A DNA stretch of 36,184 nucleotides. Source: Candidatus Nanopelagicales bacterium (lineage in GTDB: Bacteria; Actinomycetota; Actinomycetes; S36-B12; UBA5976). Location: the NCBI GenBank assembly GCA_023257525.1, contig JALRCB010000002.1, positions 1 through 36,184 of the forward strand. The letters are read 5' to 3'. The position numbers were made by a program, and so were the translations under genes. Below are positions 34,022-36,184 of this stretch, piece after piece. Numbering within the stretch: position 1 is the first letter of the stretch; every line of letters starts with the position of its first letter. The notes under the pieces are model-generated. The model saw nothing but the letters and a program-made list of their open reading frames with translations. It did no database searches and had not been told where the DNA came from.

Positions 34022-34144
34022 ACCCGGCATAAATTGCCGGAAGTGACGGCAATCGTCGTCGGGAAATGGGCGGGTCGGATAATGACGATAGTTGGTTTAA
34101 CAAAAACTGACCGTTTGTCAATCTAAATCAACCACCGGTCTTTT

Positions 34145-34160
34145 TGGTACAGTGCTTGCT
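34145..34160 (+). promoter_or_regulatory. Sigma-54 promoter for flgBCDE
   Basis: TGGTAC-agtgc-TTGCT versus the consensus TGGYAC-N5-TTGCW. GG at 34146-34147 and GC at 34158-34159 give exact GG-N10-GC spacing. RBS AGGAGG at 34172-34177 and flgB ATG at 34183. Confidence 0.75.
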
Positions 34161-34182
34161 TTACAGTGCTCAGGAGGTGTTC

Positions 34183-34602
34183 ATGGACAGAGTTCCAGAG
34201 TTCGATCCGTTATATTTCTCTGAAGCTGCACTTCGGATGCGTTCTTATCGCCAGCAAATACTCTCGTCGAATATGGCGAACGTGGATACGCCTGGATACA
34301 AAGCACGGGATGTTTTGTTTAGTCAGGCTTTGCGGGAGCAACTTGAGGGGGTGAGTTACTCAAATGCACTCCCGATGTCAGCGACAAGTGAACGTCACTA
34401 CCGCGTCGGTGGGTCTTTGCCAGGCGCTCCTGCCCTTCTTTATCGGATTCCGATGCAGCCTACCCTCGATGGGAATACTGTCGACGTTGAAACGGAGAGG
34501 GCGCATTTTGCAGATAACGCTGTTAGAACAGAGGCGGCAATGACATTGTTGAATGGCGTGCTCGCATCACGGAGAATGGCGCTTTCAGGGAATAACTCAT
34601 GA
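34183..34602 (+). CDS. flgB: Flagellar proximal rod protein FlgB
   Basis: LRMRSYRQQILSSNMANVDTPGYKARDV and DGNTVDVETERAHFADNAVRTEAAMTLLNG are canonical FlgB motifs. ATG at 34183 with a strong RBS. The track start at 34144 would overlap the promoter. Confidence 0.93.
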   Translation: MDRVPEFDPLYFSEAALRMRSYRQQILSSNMANVDTPGYKARDVLFSQALREQLEGVSYSNALPMSATSERHYRVGGSLPGAPALLYRIPMQPTLDGNTVDVETERAHFADNAVRTEAAMTLLNGVLASRRMALSGNNS

Positions 34603-35006
34603 GCTTGATGCGAAGCTTCCAGGTTGCATCAACGGCGCTTTCCTCGCAATCTCTTAGACTTAATGCGCTCGCTTCTAATTTAGCAAATGCTGAATCGGTT
34701 TCTGGGCCTGATGGAAAGCCTTACAAGCCTCGGCAAGTCGTGTTCAGGCCCGCGCCTATTCTCGGTGAGGTTGCCGCTGGAGTTGAGGTCGCGAATGTTT
34801 TAGAGGATGAACGACCTGGTCCGTTAGTTTATAAGCCTGGACATCCAAGCGCTGATTCGAGTGGTTATATCCGCATGCCGAATGTTAATCCTGTTGAGGT
34901 TATGGTTGATATGATCTCAGCATCTCGATCTTATCAGATGAATATAGAGGTTATGAACACAAGCAAGCAGTTAATGCTCAAGATGCTTGATCTTGGTAGG
35001 GGTTAA
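34599..35006 (+). CDS. flgC: Flagellar proximal rod protein FlgC
   Basis: FQVASTALSSQSLRLNALASNLANAESV...YKPGHPSADSSGYIRMPNVNPVEVMVDMISASRSYQMNIEVMNTSKQLMLKMLDL. The ATGA overlaps the flgB stop. Confidence 0.96.
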   Translation: MSLMRSFQVASTALSSQSLRLNALASNLANAESVSGPDGKPYKPRQVVFRPAPILGEVAAGVEVANVLEDERPGPLVYKPGHPSADSSGYIRMPNVNPVEVMVDMISASRSYQMNIEVMNTSKQLMLKMLDLGRG

Positions 35007-35011
35007 ATGGG

Positions 35012-35704
35012 ATGACGACGCAGAATAACTTAAGTTCCATTGGTGTGTATGATCCAATTACTGCTAATTCTCCAAAGGTTGCTTCGAATTCGATTGGAAC
35101 AAGCTCCAAAGAGATTCAAGATAACTTTATGCGGATGTTGATCACGCAATTACAGAACCAAAATCCGCTCAATCCCATGGATAACGCGCAGTTCGCCTCG
35201 CAGCTGGCTCAAATGAGTCAGCTTCAAGGTATTGAGTCCATGCGCAGCTCCATTGATAACTTCGTTAAGCAGGTGCAGAACGGGCGCTTGCTCGACCAGT
35301 CTGCCCTCATTGGTCGATCTGTCATGGCTGTTTCTGATTCATTGGTTTGGAATGGATCGAATTCTGTCGAGTTTGGGGTTAATTCCGCAGCTGGCATGAA
35401 TGATGCGGTTGTACGGATCAAGTCATACGACGGGCGGATTATCGATGAAATCCAGGTGGGAGCTTTGTCAGCAGATATTAAAACCCTGAGTTGGGATGGG
35501 GTGGGTAAGGATGGTTCCCGGTTTTTGGCGGGGCGTTACATGGTTTCAGTAGAGGGCTTCGCCTTGGATGGAAAATTGAGCACTGGTAACATGCTTACGG
35601 GTGCTACGGTATTAGGTGCGCAGCGGCAAGGGGCTGGTGTCACCTTGCAATTGAGTGACGGGCGGACTGTTAGTGATGAACAAATCATCCATATCGGTTC
35701 TTAA
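35012..35704 (+). CDS. flgD: Flagellar hook capping/assembly protein FlgD
   Basis: FMRMLITQLQNQNPLNPMDNAQFASQLAQMSQLQGIESM is the conserved FlgD N-terminal motif. The C-terminal part is an Ig-like/FlgD-Tudor region (LSWDGVGKDGSRFLAGRY). Confidence 0.94.
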   Translation: MTTQNNLSSIGVYDPITANSPKVASNSIGTSSKEIQDNFMRMLITQLQNQNPLNPMDNAQFASQLAQMSQLQGIESMRSSIDNFVKQVQNGRLLDQSALIGRSVMAVSDSLVWNGSNSVEFGVNSAAGMNDAVVRIKSYDGRIIDEIQVGALSADIKTLSWDGVGKDGSRFLAGRYMVSVEGFALDGKLSTGNMLTGATVLGAQRQGAGVTLQLSDGRTVSDEQIIHIGS

Positions 35705-35739
35705 TTGTTTTGACTTTGATTCTTTGTTGAGAGCAAACC

Positions 35740-36184
35740 ATGTCTAGTGGATTTTCAATTGGATTAGCAGGGCTTCGGGCAAATTCGACGGCGATAGAGA
35801 TCGCCAGTAAAAATATTGCCTCAAGTAGTGTAGTTGGCTTCAAAAGCACGGAGTACCTATTTGCAGAAGCATTATCGAGCTCAATTGGTCCAAGCCAAGG
35901 GGGTCGTTTTACATCAGGCGGAGCCTCGGGATTGACAAAGCGTTCTTACGCTGCGGGGTCCACGCGGTACTCTGCTTCGCCGCTCGACATGTCAATTAAT
36001 GGTGATGGCATGTTTTCGATCGGAATGTTTAAAGATTATCAACCTGGTCGAACCTTCTACACACGGAACGGACAATTTTTAGCTGATCGCGAAGGCTATA
36101 TTGTTAATGCGAATGGCCTTTATTTGATGGGATACCAACCTAATAGTGATTACACATCGGTGACGAATGTGATTGCACCGATGA
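35740..36184 (+). CDS. flgE: Flagellar hook protein FlgE (3'-truncated by the window end)
   Basis: My own translation from ATG 35740 has no stop up to the window end: MSSGFSIGLAGLRANSTAIEIASKNIASSSVVGFKSTEYLFAE...DMSINGDGMFSI...FYTRNGQFLADREGYIVNANGLYLMGY. This is the conserved flagellar rod/hook N-terminal pattern. Not in the ORF track because it lacks a stop. Confidence 0.9.
   Translation, partial: MSSGFSIGLAGLRANSTAIEIASKNIASSSVVGFKSTEYLFAEALSSSIGPSQGGRFTSGGASGLTKRSYAAGSTRYSASPLDMSINGDGMFSIGMFKDYQPGRTFYTRNGQFLADREGYIVNANGLYLMGYQPNSDYTSVTNVIAPM

Noticed and set aside
34024-34040. Hairpin CCGGCA-taaat-TGCCGG just after the CA-like gene, considered as a terminator
   Set aside because: The stem is only 6 bp and no T-run follows, so it is too weak to call an intrinsic terminator. 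It may still mark the operon end before the flgB sigma-54 promoter.
1-36184. Scan for CRISPR arrays, IS or transposase genes, integrases, tRNA/rRNA genes and defence-system genes
   Set aside because: No direct-repeat/spacer periodicity, no transposase, recombinase or nuclease-like ORFs and no tRNA-like cloverleaf regions were recognised. Every long ORF is accounted for by flagellar or flagellum-linked genes.

Overview
Almost the whole window is one large flagellar gene region of the polar-flagellum, RpoN/FliA-regulated type found in beta- and gammaproteobacteria. GC content looks moderate by eye. I saw no rRNA, tRNA, CRISPR or mobile elements.

Gene order:
- (+) four unassigned genes, then flgA-flgM-flgN
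- (-) flhA-flhF-flhG-fliA
- (-) fliC-flaG
- (+) a second flagellin, then fliD-fliS, a FliK-like gene and a stand-alone FlhB C-terminal-domain gene
- (-) fleS-fleR-fliE
- (+) fliF-fliH-fliI-fliJ, then fliK-fliL-fliM-fliN-fliO/P-fliQ-fliR, a lipoprotein and a carbonic-anhydrase-like gene
- (+) flgB-flgC-flgD-flgE (flgE is cut by the window end)

Two good sigma-54 promoters lie upstream of fliK and flgB. Two sigma-28-like promoters lie upstream of fliC and fliD.

The parts ordinary flagellar annotation does not explain:
1. A four-gene block at 27-4651 overlaps the flgA start. By eye it reads as a chemosensory-array look-alike: a CheW-like protein, an MCP-topology protein, and a CheA-like protein that keeps P4/P5 remnants but lacks the kinase motifs.
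2. The FlhG/FleN homologue has lost its P-loop (SSLHGDPTV where GKGGVGKT is expected) but keeps the N-terminal FlhF-activating DQAxxLR motif.
3. fliG is absent between fliF and fliH. Full-length flhB is absent next to both flhA and fliR.
4. The slot after fliR holds a translationally coupled Cys-rich lipoprotein and a secreted alpha-carbonic-anhydrase-like protein. Two of its three zinc-ligand histidines are replaced (E and R), so it is a probable pseudoenzyme.
5. fliO and fliP form one continuous ORF.
6. A second FliK-like gene is paired with an FlhB-CC-only gene.

All functional calls rest on motif recognition by eye. No database search was possible.
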